Shown: positions 50,268 through 59,671, numbered from the stretch's first letter. The stretch: DNA of 64,000 bases from Bacteroidales bacterium (GCA_020052415.1 JAGVPB010000048.1:114437-178436); one strand, 5' to 3'. Notes: generated by a model from the letters alone, not told the origin. Program-made: numbers and translations.

Positions 50268-52190
50268 ATGATGGATTTTAGTTTTACAGTCTGGATTCCA
50301 CTTTTACCACTGATCCTGTTTGTATTTTTAGGGCTGACGAGTGGTTCAATTCGTCCGAAGATATCAGGTTATATAGGTACGGCAGGAATGACGATCACAA
50401 CATTGATGTCGTATTTTGTTGCATACCAGTATTTCTTTAACAGGCCTGCCGGTTCTGAAACTTTTGAGAAAATTATTGCTTTTAACACCGTTTGGCTGAA
50501 CCTTACGGAAAAACTGCAAATCAATCTGGGTGTTTTGTTAGACCCGATTTCAGTGATGATGCTTGTTGTGATTACCACAGTATCTCTCATGGTTCACATT
50601 TACAGCATCGGTTACATGAATGGAGAGAAAGGTTATTCCAGGTTTTTCTCCTTCCTTTCTCTTTTCAGTTTTTCAATGCTTGGGCTGGTTGTAGCCACCA
50701 ATATTTTCCAGATGTATATCTGCTGGGAACTCGTAGGTGTTTCTTCCTACCTTCTGATCAGTTTCTATTATGAAAGGCCGACTGCTGTTGCAGCAGGTAA
50801 AAAAGCATTTATCGTAACCCGTTTTGCCGACCTGGGATTTCTCATCGGGATATTGCTGCTTTCGTTCGTGAGCGGCACCTTTGATTTTGTGTCGCTTACC
50901 GATCCTCAAGGCGCGTTAATAACCCAGGGCAGCAGCCTTACTTTTATGGGATTGTCTGTAATGACGTGGGCTCTGGTACTGATCTTTATGGGAGGAGCTG
51001 GGAAGTCGGCCATGTTTCCGCTCCATATCTGGCTTCCGGATGCTATGGAAGGTCCTACGCCGGTTTCGGCGCTTATCCATGCAGCAACTATGGTTGTTGC
51101 CGGTGTTTATCTTGTAGCCAGACTATTTCCCTTATATGTTTTTGCCGCTCCGGATGCGCTGACTATTGTTGGTTATGTGGGAGGAATCACATCATTATTT
51201 GCCGCTGTAATTGCCTGCACTCAAAACGATATAAAACGTGTCCTTGCCTTTTCAACCATGTCGCAGATCGGGTATATGATGCTTGCTCTCGGTGTTTCGG
51301 GATATGGCGATCACCACGGTCTTGGATTTATGGCCTCAATGTTCCATCTTTTCACACATGCAATGTTCAAAGCCTTATTGTTTCTTGCTGCCGGAGCTAT
51401 CATTCATGCGGTTCATTCCAATTTTATGACCGAAATGGGCGGACTAAGAAAATATTTGCCCATCACGCACATCACTTTTCTCATTGCCTGTCTCACCATC
51501 GCAGGAATACCGCCATTCTCCGGTTTTTTCAGTAAGGATGAAATCCTGACCGCAGCCTGGGAACATGACAAATTCCTGTTCTTCATTGAGTATGCCGTAG
51601 CTGGCTTAACCGCATTCTATATGTTCAGGCTGTATTTCAATGTTTTTTGGGGAAAAGACAGACACTATCACCACACCCCCCATGAATCTCCATTGGTTAT
51701 GACGGGTCCGCTGATGTTTCTTGCAGCAGCTTCGATGTTTACAGGCTTTATACCGTTCAGTTCACTTGTAACCTCGGATAGTAAGCCTTTTGAATCGCAT
51801 ATTGAATGGATGATCGCGATTCCTTCTATACTGATTGGTGTTATTGGTATCCTCGTGGCAATGTGGTTCTATAAAAAAGAAAATGGCATTTCTGAAAAGA
51901 TGGCCGGCGGACTTAAACACTTATACAAATGGTCTTACAATAAATTCTATATGGATGAGGTGTACCTCTTCGTAACAAAGAAGATTATTTTCAACAACAT
52001 CTCACGTCCGGCTGCATGGTTCGACAGGCACGTTGTGGATGGCACGATGAATGGAATTGCGTCTGTTACTAACAGAACTTCTTCGGGAATAAAAGGATTC
52101 CAGTCGGGACAACTTCAGAAATACGGATTTGTATTTGTTTCAGGGGTCATTATTTTGGTTTTTACTTTCATTTACATTTGGTTTAATTAA
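50268..52190 (+). CDS. nuoL: NADH-quinone oxidoreductase subunit L
   Basis: GKSAMFPLH.WLPDAMEGPTPVSALIHAATMV and HAMFKALLFL motifs. Confidence 0.96.
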   Translation: MMDFSFTVWIPLLPLILFVFLGLTSGSIRPKISGYIGTAGMTITTLMSYFVAYQYFFNRPAGSETFEKIIAFNTVWLNLTEKLQINLGVLLDPISVMMLVVITTVSLMVHIYSIGYMNGEKGYSRFFSFLSLFSFSMLGLVVATNIFQMYICWELVGVSSYLLISFYYERPTAVAAGKKAFIVTRFADLGFLIGILLLSFVSGTFDFVSLTDPQGALITQGSSLTFMGLSVMTWALVLIFMGGAGKSAMFPLHIWLPDAMEGPTPVSALIHAATMVVAGVYLVARLFPLYVFAAPDALTIVGYVGGITSLFAAVIACTQNDIKRVLAFSTMSQIGYMMLALGVSGYGDHHGLGFMASMFHLFTHAMFKALLFLAAGAIIHAVHSNFMTEMGGLRKYLPITHITFLIACLTIAGIPPFSGFFSKDEILTAAWEHDKFLFFIEYAVAGLTAFYMFRLYFNVFWGKDRHYHHTPHESPLVMTGPLMFLAAASMFTGFIPFSSLVTSDSKPFESHIEWMIAIPSILIGVIGILVAMWFYKKENGISEKMAGGLKHLYKWSYNKFYMDEVYLFVTKKIIFNNISRPAAWFDRHVVDGTMNGIASVTNRTSSGIKGFQSGQLQKYGFVFVSGVIILVFTFIYIWFN

Positions 52191-52196
52191 TAAAAG

Positions 52197-53702
52197 ATGG
52201 ATTTTTTAACCTGGTTTGTTATCGTACCTTCCCTCACAGTTATAGGGATTGTATTTACAAAGAACATGAAGCAGACAAGGCTGGCGGCAGCGTTGGGAAT
52301 GAGTGTGCAGTTAATTCTTGCCATCTGCCTTGTGTTCATGTACCTTGCCGAAAGACGGGCAGGCAACACTGCTGAAATGCTTTTCATGCACACCCATTCA
52401 TGGTTTAGCAGCTTTAATATAACATACAGCATCGGGGTTGACGGTATTTCGGTGGCCATGATCATGCTTACGGCTGTCATCGTTTTTACAGGAATATTCG
52501 CATCGTGGATGGTTGACTTTTTATCAAGGGAATTTTTTATCTCACTCATACTGCTTTCGACCGGTGTCTTCGGATTTTTCATCTCTATTGATCTGTTCAC
52601 CATGTTTCTGTTCTATGAAGTAGCTGTTATACCGATGTATTTATTAATCGGAATCTGGGGCAGTGGTCCGAAAGAATATTCGGCAATGAAACTAACCATC
52701 ATGCTGATGGGCGGTTCAGCTTTACTGCTTGTAGGATTACTGGGAATCTATTTCAATTCCAATGCCGGAGGCGGTGCTCTGACTTTCAATATCCTTGATA
52801 TTTCAAAAGTAAATATCCCTATTGAAGCTCAAAGGTTTTTCTTTCCCATGACATTTATAGGGTTTGGTATTCTGGGCGCACTATTCCCGTTCCACACATG
52901 GTCACCCGATGGCCACGCCTCTGCTCCTACTGCCGTATCCATGCTCCACGCCGGAGTATTAATGAAACTTGGAGGCTACGGCGCTTTCAGGGTAGCAATG
53001 TTCCTGATGCCCGAAGCAGCGCATGAAATGGCCTGGATTTTTCTCTTGCTTACAGGATTCAGCGTAGTTTACGGAGCCTTTGGAGCTATTTTCCAGAAAG
53101 ATTTAAAATACATCAATGCGTATTCTTCTGTGAGCCATTGCGGACTTGTGCTGTTTGCGATCCTGATGATGAATAAGACGGCGCTTAACGGCGCAGTCAT
53201 TCAAATGGTATCACATGGACTGATGACAGCCTTATTCTTCGCTCTGATCGGTATGATCTATGGCAGGACGCATACAAGGATGATCAATGAAATGGGCGGT
53301 CTTATGAAGGTTATACCTTTCCTCGGAGTATGTTATGTTATCGCTGGGCTTGCTTCTTTAGGACTGCCGGGATTAAGCGGTTTTGTCGCCGAAATGACAA
53401 TATTTGTCGGAGCCTTCCAGCATGCAGATAGTTTTCACAGAATTCTGACCATTGCTGCCGCCTCTTCCATTGTAATCACAGCGGTGTATATTTTAAGAGT
53501 CGTCGGGATACTTTTATTGGGACCGGTAAAGAATGACCATTTTCTCACATTTACCGATGCAAAATGGTATGAAAAGGTTTCGACAGGTGTACTGATTGCA
53601 ACAATTGCAGGTATTGGACTGGCGCCCTTGTGGCTTTCCGACATGATAAACGATAGCTTGAATCCGGTGATCATCCAGTTGAGCCAGGTGATTTTGCCGT
53701 AA
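52197..53702 (+). CDS. nuoM: NADH-quinone oxidoreductase subunit M
   Basis: FPFHTW.PD.H..APT..SM..AGVLMKLG.YG and AYSSVSH motifs. Confidence 0.95.
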   Translation: MDFLTWFVIVPSLTVIGIVFTKNMKQTRLAAALGMSVQLILAICLVFMYLAERRAGNTAEMLFMHTHSWFSSFNITYSIGVDGISVAMIMLTAVIVFTGIFASWMVDFLSREFFISLILLSTGVFGFFISIDLFTMFLFYEVAVIPMYLLIGIWGSGPKEYSAMKLTIMLMGGSALLLVGLLGIYFNSNAGGGALTFNILDISKVNIPIEAQRFFFPMTFIGFGILGALFPFHTWSPDGHASAPTAVSMLHAGVLMKLGGYGAFRVAMFLMPEAAHEMAWIFLLLTGFSVVYGAFGAIFQKDLKYINAYSSVSHCGLVLFAILMMNKTALNGAVIQMVSHGLMTALFFALIGMIYGRTHTRMINEMGGLMKVIPFLGVCYVIAGLASLGLPGLSGFVAEMTIFVGAFQHADSFHRILTIAAASSIVITAVYILRVVGILLLGPVKNDHFLTFTDAKWYEKVSTGVLIATIAGIGLAPLWLSDMINDSLNPVIIQLSQVILP

Positions 53703-53740
53703 ATAGTATTAATGTTTGACCAAGTTAAAACGATCATAAT

Positions 53741-55156
53741 ATGAATTTGGATAGTTTTCTTCTGTTGAGGCACGAGATCATTCTGACGCTCGTAACTCTC
53801 ATTATCCTGATCGCCGAATTGGCTGACTGGAATAAAAACAGGGTAATTGGCATTACGCTGGTCCTGTTTTTTATAACAACGATCATTGGATTTTTACCGG
53901 TACAGGAAGGATCCTTGTTCGGAGATATGTACAGGACAGGTCCGCTGATTGCGCTGATGAAGAATATCCTGAATATCGGGGTTATGATTCTGTTTCTGCA
54001 AACAGCCGGATGGCTGAAAAAACCTGAATACTTTGGAAAAGTGAGTGAGTTTTATATGCTGATCCTTTCCACGCTGATAGGCATGAACTTTATGATTTCG
54101 TCGGGTCATTTCCTCATGTTTTATATCGGGCTTGAACTCGCTACCATTCCTATTGCATCTCTCGCTGCTTATGACCGTTATAAAAATATCAGTGCGGAAG
54201 CCGGTATCAAACTGATACTTTCTTCGGCGCTTTCATCTGGAATTTTACTATATGGTTTATCCATGATTTACGGAACAGTTGGTTCATTATACTTCACCGA
54301 TGTGGCGGTTGCCAACCTTCATACCCCTTTGCAGGTCATGGCTTTCATTTTCTTTTTTGCAGGGATGGCTTTTAAGATTTCTCTTGTTCCTTTTCATCTA
54401 TGGACTGCCGATGTTTATGAAGGTGCCCCGGTAAATGTTGCTTCCTACCTGTCGGTAATTTCGAAGGGAGCTGCAGCATTTATTTTTACCATCATTTTAT
54501 ACACTGTATTTTTTTCAATTGCTGAAATCTGGAAGGAATTGGTTTATGTGATTGCAGTTGTTACCATGACGGTCGGTAACCTGTTTGCGATCCGTCAGAA
54601 AAATCTCAAGCGTTTCCTCGCATTTTCATCAATTGCACAGGCCGGATTTATCCTTTTGGGTATCATAGACGGGACAGAGCTTGGAATGTCAACAATTATT
54701 TATTTTGTCCTGATTTATATCTTTTCGAACCTGGGCGCCTTCGGTGTCATTTCTGCTATTTCTGTTATGACCGACAAAGAGCACATGGATGATTATAACG
54801 GCCTTTACAAAACCAATCCTAAGCTCAGCCTGGTAATGATGCTTTCTTTGTTTTCACTGGCGGGCATTCCACCTGTCGCGGGATTTTTCGGAAAGTTCTT
54901 TCTGTTTACAGCCGCAGCTAACCAGGGTTATTACTGGCTGGTTTTCATTGCCGTTTTAAATGCAACGATTTCATTATACTACTATCTGCTGGTTGTTAAA
55001 GCGATGTTTATCAATAAAAATGAAAATCCGATTTCCTATTTCAGAAGTGATTTTACAACCCGGGCTGCCTTGCTGCTTTGTGTGGGCGGTATCTTTTTTA
55101 TCGGTTTCCTGAGCCCGATCTACGAATTCATCAGGTCGCTGAGCATCGGAATGTAA
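53741..55156 (+). CDS. nuoN: NADH-quinone oxidoreductase subunit N
   Basis: FKISLVPFH.W..DVYEGAP, KR.LAFSSI and SLAGIPP..GF.GK motifs. Confidence 0.96.
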   Translation: MNLDSFLLLRHEIILTLVTLIILIAELADWNKNRVIGITLVLFFITTIIGFLPVQEGSLFGDMYRTGPLIALMKNILNIGVMILFLQTAGWLKKPEYFGKVSEFYMLILSTLIGMNFMISSGHFLMFYIGLELATIPIASLAAYDRYKNISAEAGIKLILSSALSSGILLYGLSMIYGTVGSLYFTDVAVANLHTPLQVMAFIFFFAGMAFKISLVPFHLWTADVYEGAPVNVASYLSVISKGAAAFIFTIILYTVFFSIAEIWKELVYVIAVVTMTVGNLFAIRQKNLKRFLAFSSIAQAGFILLGIIDGTELGMSTIIYFVLIYIFSNLGAFGVISAISVMTDKEHMDDYNGLYKTNPKLSLVMMLSLFSLAGIPPVAGFFGKFFLFTAAANQGYYWLVFIAVLNATISLYYYLLVVKAMFINKNENPISYFRSDFTTRAALLLCVGGIFFIGFLSPIYEFIRSLSIGM

Positions 55157-55192
55157 TGACAGGGAACCATTTAGCAGGAATATACTCTGAAG

Positions 55193-55647
55193 AAATGAAA
55201 AACATAAAACACGAAACGAAAAATGAAAAAGTATGAGAAGCAATTACAAATATGATCTGGAAGAACGGCTTATTGAATTTTCACTACTGATTATTGATAT
55301 AGATGAAATGTTGCCTAATACAAGGGCTGGAAATCATATAGCAGGACAACTGATAAGGTCAGGCACATCACCGGCATTTAATTATGGTGAAGCTCAGGTT
55401 GCAGAATCAAGAAATGATTTTATTCATAAAATGAAAATTTGCCTAAAGGAACTTAAGGAATCTAATGTAGCATTACAAATTATCAAAAGAAAGCCTTTGG
55501 TAACCGAATTCACAAAAGTTGACAAATGCATTGCTGAATGCAAAGAATTAATTTCAATATTTGTAAAAAGCATTGAAACCGCCAAAAAAAATAAATCGTC
55601 CAAAAACACTTAAACATTTTTCATTATTTGTTAAGTGTTTTTCATTT
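55193..55647. mobile_element. Putative inverted-repeat-bounded cassette carrying the four-helix-bundle gene
   Basis: Arms 55193-55225 and 55615-55647 match at 26/33 as inverted repeats; the outer 12 bp (AAATGAAAAACA) are perfect. A-rich, so less significant than the GxxExxY repeats. Confidence 0.45.
55233..55613 (+). CDS. Four helix bundle protein (23S rRNA intervening-sequence protein family)
   Basis: DLEER...F, QLIRSGTS.A.NY.EA..AES..DFIHK..I.LKEL.ES and EL..I motifs. Confidence 0.93.
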   Translation: MRSNYKYDLEERLIEFSLLIIDIDEMLPNTRAGNHIAGQLIRSGTSPAFNYGEAQVAESRNDFIHKMKICLKELKESNVALQIIKRKPLVTEFTKVDKCIAECKELISIFVKSIETAKKNKSSKNT

Positions 55648-55681
55648 AATTTGATTGGATAAATAAAATCAATAGGATATT

Positions 55682-56074
55682 ATGGCATTAAATAAGGGCA
55701 AACATATCGTTAAAGAAATTAACAACATCCTTTGTACCGTGGTAGAAAGTGGTCTTACCCTTGACAGGATGAAGTTCCTGAAGGAGTTGATGGAATTCAA
55801 CAAATTCGAAGTGAAGGTAGAGGAAGAAAAAACAGAAGGTTCTGCTGAGGTCTTTTTTACTGTAGGCGTTACCGACCTGGTTTTTAATCCCATGATTGCC
55901 GTTTATGAGCGATCGCTCACAAGGAAGGACGGTCAAAAGGTAAGCCCTGCTTATTGGAACCAGGCAAAGGAGGAAATTGAAAACATTCCTTATTTTGAAT
56001 ACCGGCCAAAAAATCCTGATGCCATCAACATGGATGATTTTCTTCCGCTTTCGTGGGGGATCAGGTCGGTGTGA
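55682..56074 (+). CDS. Hypothetical protein co-oriented with and downstream of the nuo operon
   Basis: 130-aa ORF MALNKGKHIVKEI...GVTDLVFNP..AVYER with ordinary composition; no family recognised. Confidence 0.75.
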   Translation: MALNKGKHIVKEINNILCTVVESGLTLDRMKFLKELMEFNKFEVKVEEEKTEGSAEVFFTVGVTDLVFNPMIAVYERSLTRKDGQKVSPAYWNQAKEEIENIPYFEYRPKNPDAINMDDFLPLSWGIRSV

Positions 56075-56092
56075 TTTGGGTTAATTGAGAAT

Positions 56093-56145
56093 ATGTCACC
56101 TCGCACCAGTCCTACTCACGCACATGCCTTTGCTGGAATACTGGT
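56093..56145. repeat. Palindromic direct repeat, copy 1 (left of the toxin-antitoxin module)
   Basis: 42/53 identical to 56819-56871. Confidence 0.8.
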
Positions 56146-56197
56146 ATTAATAATAGTTTCTGCTGCAGGGGCAGCATATGCGATTTAATGCTGCCGG

Positions 56198-56584
56198 TTA
56201 TTTCCACTGTTGCTTTACCATATATTTTTTGAGTCCTCTGTCCCGTGTGATAAGTATTAAATTCTCGGCAATTGCCTGGGAAATAATCAACCTGTCAAAA
56301 GGATCAGTATGAAGGTTGGGTAAATTTGATAAGACTAAGAGATGAACGTAATTTATTGGAACAATTTCTATTTGGTTTCTGTCTGCGTAATTAAATAACT
56401 CTTAGAGGGAAATATCTAAAATCAATTTACCAATTTGTTTTTTGATAGTGATTTCCCATAAACTAGCTACGCTCAAAAAACAAGGTTGATGAATATCCTT
56501 GATTTTGTCTCTAACAGATGCTGGTAATTGATTATCCCCTGAAACAAACCATAGAAAAGCATGGGTATCTAATAGGAAAGCCAT
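56198..56584 (-). pseudogene. vapC: PIN-domain VapC toxin with one premature TAA
   Basis: LLDTHAFLW...SVASLWEI.IK; TAA at 56402-56404; the same frame continues ELFNY...HTDPFDRLIISQAIAENLILITRD to a stop at 56198-56200. Confidence 0.88.
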
Positions 56585-56787
56585 TACATGTAGTTTTTGA
56601 ATTCATCTAATGGCTCATCAAAGTCATCGGAAAGTTTTATTTTACCTTTAGCAAAACCAAATTCACGCATCTTGAGTTTAGATTTTGTCATAGATTTTTT
56701 TTTCAAAAATTCGATAAAATCAGCAACCTCCTCTCTCAGGTTCTTGGGCAAAGAATTAATCTCTAATTTTAAAGAAGTATTTGTCAT
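56584..56787 (-). CDS. DUF2281-type antitoxin
   Basis: I.SLP..L.EEV.DFIEFL and R.FG..KGKI.LSDDFDEPL..F..YM motifs; stop overlaps the toxin start. Confidence 0.85.
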   Translation of the reverse strand: MTNTSLKLEINSLPKNLREEVADFIEFLKKKSMTKSKLKMREFGFAKGKIKLSDDFDEPLDEFKNYM

Positions 56788-56818
56788 GCTGCAAAGATAA
56801 TAAAAAACTAAGTTGGAA

Positions 56819-56880
56819 ATGTCACCTGGCACCAGTCCTGCTTACAAACATTCCTTGGCAGGAAGACAAGTGCGAGTGGG
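56819..56880. repeat. Palindromic direct repeat, copy 2 (right of the toxin-antitoxin module)
   Basis: CTGGCACCAGTC...GACAAGTGCGAG hairpin; 42/53 identical to copy 1. Confidence 0.8.
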
Positions 56881-56896
56881 TGGTTGAATAAGATTG

Positions 56897-58396
56897 TTAC
56901 TGAACAACAATTTTCCTTGTGCAAATTTTTGTCCCGACATTTATTTTTGCAAAATAGATTCCTTTTGGCTTATTAGTAATGTCTATTTCTGTGAATGTTT
57001 GCGGGTTGAATTTAAAATTAGAACAAACCGTTTCTCCAAATAAATTATAAATTTCTATTGATCTTATCGTGCTGTTGCTGCTTATTGTAAACTTTCCGTT
57101 GCCTGGATTGGGATAAACAATAATAATTCCCTCCTGTACTATCAAGTCATCTATTCCAAGTACCGCATGAAAATAATAGTAGCTGCTATCACCATGAGTG
57201 ACTACAGTACCAGCGTCATTCCACTCTTTATAAGAATTGCTTATTGTGAAATTGTTATCATCGTAGGCATAGGTATATTGCAAGAAATTCTTCCAGATGC
57301 TGCTGTTCCATGTTTGGTGTAATTCACTTGTCAGATTATTGTCGGTATCATAGGTATAGGTGTATTGCCGGTAATTCTCCCAAGCGCTACCGTTCCAGGT
57401 TTGCCTTAATTCACTTGTCAGATTATTGTTGGCATCGTAGGCATAAGTATATTGAGCGTATTTATTCCACACGAATAAGTTCCAGTATTGGTATAACGAG
57501 CTTATCAGATTATTGTTGGTATCGTATGTATAGTTATATTGTCCCTCATTTTCCCAGTAGCTAACGTTCCAAATTTGGATTAATCTACTTGTCAGTTTAT
57601 TATTGGTATCATAGCTATAGGTAGATCGCTGGTAATTTTCCCAGGCACTGCTGTTCCAGATTTGGTATAAGCTACTTGTCAGATTATTGTTTGCGTCATA
57701 GGTATAAGTGGATTTATCGTCATTCTCCCAGGCGCCGCTGTTCCAATCTTGCCCTAATTTACTTGTCTGATTATTGTTGGCATCGTAGGTATAGGTGGAT
57801 TGATTGTAATTTTCCCAGGCGCTACCGTTCCACTTTTGCCCTAATTCACTTGTCAGATTATTATTGGCATCATAGGTAAAGATGTATTGCCAATAATTCT
57901 CCCAGGCGCTGCCGTTCCAGAATTGGTATAACCAACTTGTTTGATTATTGTTTACATCGTAAGTAAAGGTGGTTTGCCAGTCATTTTCCCAGCCGCTGCC
58001 GTTCCAATCTTGGTCTAAGTAACTATTCAGGTTATAGTTGGCATCATAAACAAAATTAATGGTTTTAGATTCAATCTTCCATCCCATGATGAGCGTATCC
58101 CATCGCCAAACATAGATGCTATCATGTATCTGGATTAATGAAAGCGGCTCAGGTGTTTGGTGTTTGATAGCTCGACTGAGTTGAAATTTGTCCGAAGGAC
58201 TCCTATTTGAGGAATTTAGTGCCGAAGGCATCCATTCGGGAGATTTGGAATTGTTCATTCCATCATCCTCCATCCTGCCCCGAATATCTTCCATTGAATT
58301 TGATATCGGATTCTGCATGTTAGATGAAGGTCGTTTGGTTTGTGTAAAAGCATTAATTGATATTGCAAGGATTGCAAAGAGTAGCGCTGTTTTCAT
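56897..58396 (-). CDS. T9SS-secreted protein with ~10 tandem 29-aa YD-like beta-hairpin repeats
   Basis: Units such as YTYTYDANNNLTSELxQxWNGSAWENYxQ; 87-bp DNA period (CACTTGTCAGATTATT at 57325 and 57412); signal peptide MKTALLFAILAISINAFTQ; YPNP...KGIYF...KIVVQ C-terminal domain. Confidence 0.88.
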   Translation of the reverse strand: MKTALLFAILAISINAFTQTKRPSSNMQNPISNSMEDIRGRMEDDGMNNSKSPEWMPSALNSSNRSPSDKFQLSRAIKHQTPEPLSLIQIHDSIYVWRWDTLIMGWKIESKTINFVYDANYNLNSYLDQDWNGSGWENDWQTTFTYDVNNNQTSWLYQFWNGSAWENYWQYIFTYDANNNLTSELGQKWNGSAWENYNQSTYTYDANNNQTSKLGQDWNSGAWENDDKSTYTYDANNNLTSSLYQIWNSSAWENYQRSTYSYDTNNKLTSRLIQIWNVSYWENEGQYNYTYDTNNNLISSLYQYWNLFVWNKYAQYTYAYDANNNLTSELRQTWNGSAWENYRQYTYTYDTDNNLTSELHQTWNSSIWKNFLQYTYAYDDNNFTISNSYKEWNDAGTVVTHGDSSYYYFHAVLGIDDLIVQEGIIIVYPNPGNGKFTISSNSTIRSIEIYNLFGETVCSNFKFNPQTFTEIDITNKPKGIYFAKINVGTKICTRKIVVQ

Positions 58397-58636
58397 TTTA
58401 ATTAATTTTAAATTTTCTTGACACATTACCATTTTGGCGAAAGTCCAATGTCGTTAAGTTAAGCCCAAAGGGCTTGAATACAAACAGCCACTGCCGCAAT
58501 TGGATTAATCGATTTTGCTGATTGTCTAATTTTAAAGTTATAATTGGATTTATGCATTCTGTAAATTGATTATGTTGTAAAATTAAAGAAATTTAATTTT
58601 TACCAGCAAGAAAATGAGTAGAATATTTCCAATATT

Positions 58637-59671
58637 TTATAAAACATAAATCGCTTTTTCTTTTTTCTCGACAACCTCCCCTATTACTGCCGAATATGGA
58701 TAACCGGCCATTTTCAGATCGGCCAGTAATTGATCTGCATTATCCGGCGGGACAGAAATCATCATTCCTCCGGATGTTTGTGCATCTGCCATCAGCATTT
58801 TATGGTTGTAATCCAAAGCATGATCAAAATGGCAATCCTTTTCAGCAAACTCAAGATTACGAAATGCTGCCCCCGGAATACAGCCCATTTCGATCAGGTC
58901 AAGCACTTTATTCATTACAGGAACTGCTTTTGAGTTAATCCTCGTGGATACATTACTCCCTTGCGCCAGCTTCAGCGCATGGCCGAGCAATCCGAAGCCT
59001 GTGATATCGGTAGCTCCTTTAATTCCATGTTTTTGCATCACCTCAGCAGCGCCTTTATTCAGGTGCTTCATGGTTTTGATGGCGGCCTGGTAAATTTCTT
59101 CATCAGCAAGGTCATTTCTCTTCGCGGAGATGATCACTCCCGTTCCGATTTGCTTGGTCAAAATAAGTACATCGCCAGGCCGGGCGCCGGTATTGGAGAT
59201 GATCTTCTCAGGATGAACCCAACCGGTGACTGACAATCCACAAACCGGAACATCATTTGCAATGGTATGTCCGCCTATGATGACTCCACCTGCTTCGGTA
59301 ACCTTATCCTGTGCGCCTCTCAATATTTCCTTTAAAATTTCCAAAGGCAATGATGCCGGAAATAGCACGATATTCAATGCTGTAATAACCTGTCCTCCCA
59401 TTGCATACACATCACTCAGGGCATTGGCAGCCGATATCTGACCAAAGTCATAGGGGTCGGAACAAACCGGCGGAAAAAAATCGGTGGTTTGAACCAGTGC
59501 ATAATCATCCCGGATTTTATAAACACCGGCATCATCGTGGGTTTCGATATCCACAAGGACATTCGCATTGGTTACTTTCGGCAGATCAGCCAGTACCTTA
59601 GCCAGTTCAGTAGCTGATAGCTTGGCAGAGCAACCGCCCTGTTCGACTAATGACAATAGATCGTGTTTCAT
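58637..59671 (-). CDS. selD: Selenide, water dikinase (Cys-type)
   Basis: GGCSAK, DDAGVY, TTDFF.P, ANALSDVYAMGG, GGHT, TDITGFGLLGH and DAQTSGG motifs. Confidence 0.97.
   Translation of the reverse strand: MKHDLLSLVEQGGCSAKLSATELAKVLADLPKVTNANVLVDIETHDDAGVYKIRDDYALVQTTDFFPPVCSDPYDFGQISAANALSDVYAMGGQVITALNIVLFPASLPLEILKEILRGAQDKVTEAGGVIIGGHTIANDVPVCGLSVTGWVHPEKIISNTGARPGDVLILTKQIGTGVIISAKRNDLADEEIYQAAIKTMKHLNKGAAEVMQKHGIKGATDITGFGLLGHALKLAQGSNVSTRINSKAVPVMNKVLDLIEMGCIPGAAFRNLEFAEKDCHFDHALDYNHKMLMADAQTSGGMMISVPPDNADQLLADLKMAGYPYSAVIGEVVEKKEKAIYVL

Noticed and set aside
50966-51535. Long alternative-frame and antisense ORFs (e.g. 50966-51535, 16481-16951, 48885-49313)
   Set aside because: They overlap well-supported genes and show no recognisable motifs; treated as shadow ORFs.
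55233-55613. Four-helix-bundle gene as Avd of a diversity-generating retroelement
   Set aside because: No reverse transcriptase and no template/variable repeat pair differing at adenines is visible in the window.
56402-56404. Sec read-through of the vapC internal stop
   Set aside because: The stop is TAA, not TGA, and the position is not a conserved Cys.
57190-58065. Regularly spaced 87-bp repeats as a CRISPR array
   Set aside because: They are in-frame coding repeats of a secreted protein, degenerate along their whole length, with no unique spacers and no cas genes.
59620-59640. Selenocysteine at the SelD active site
   Set aside because: The codon is TGC (GGCSAK), not TGA.
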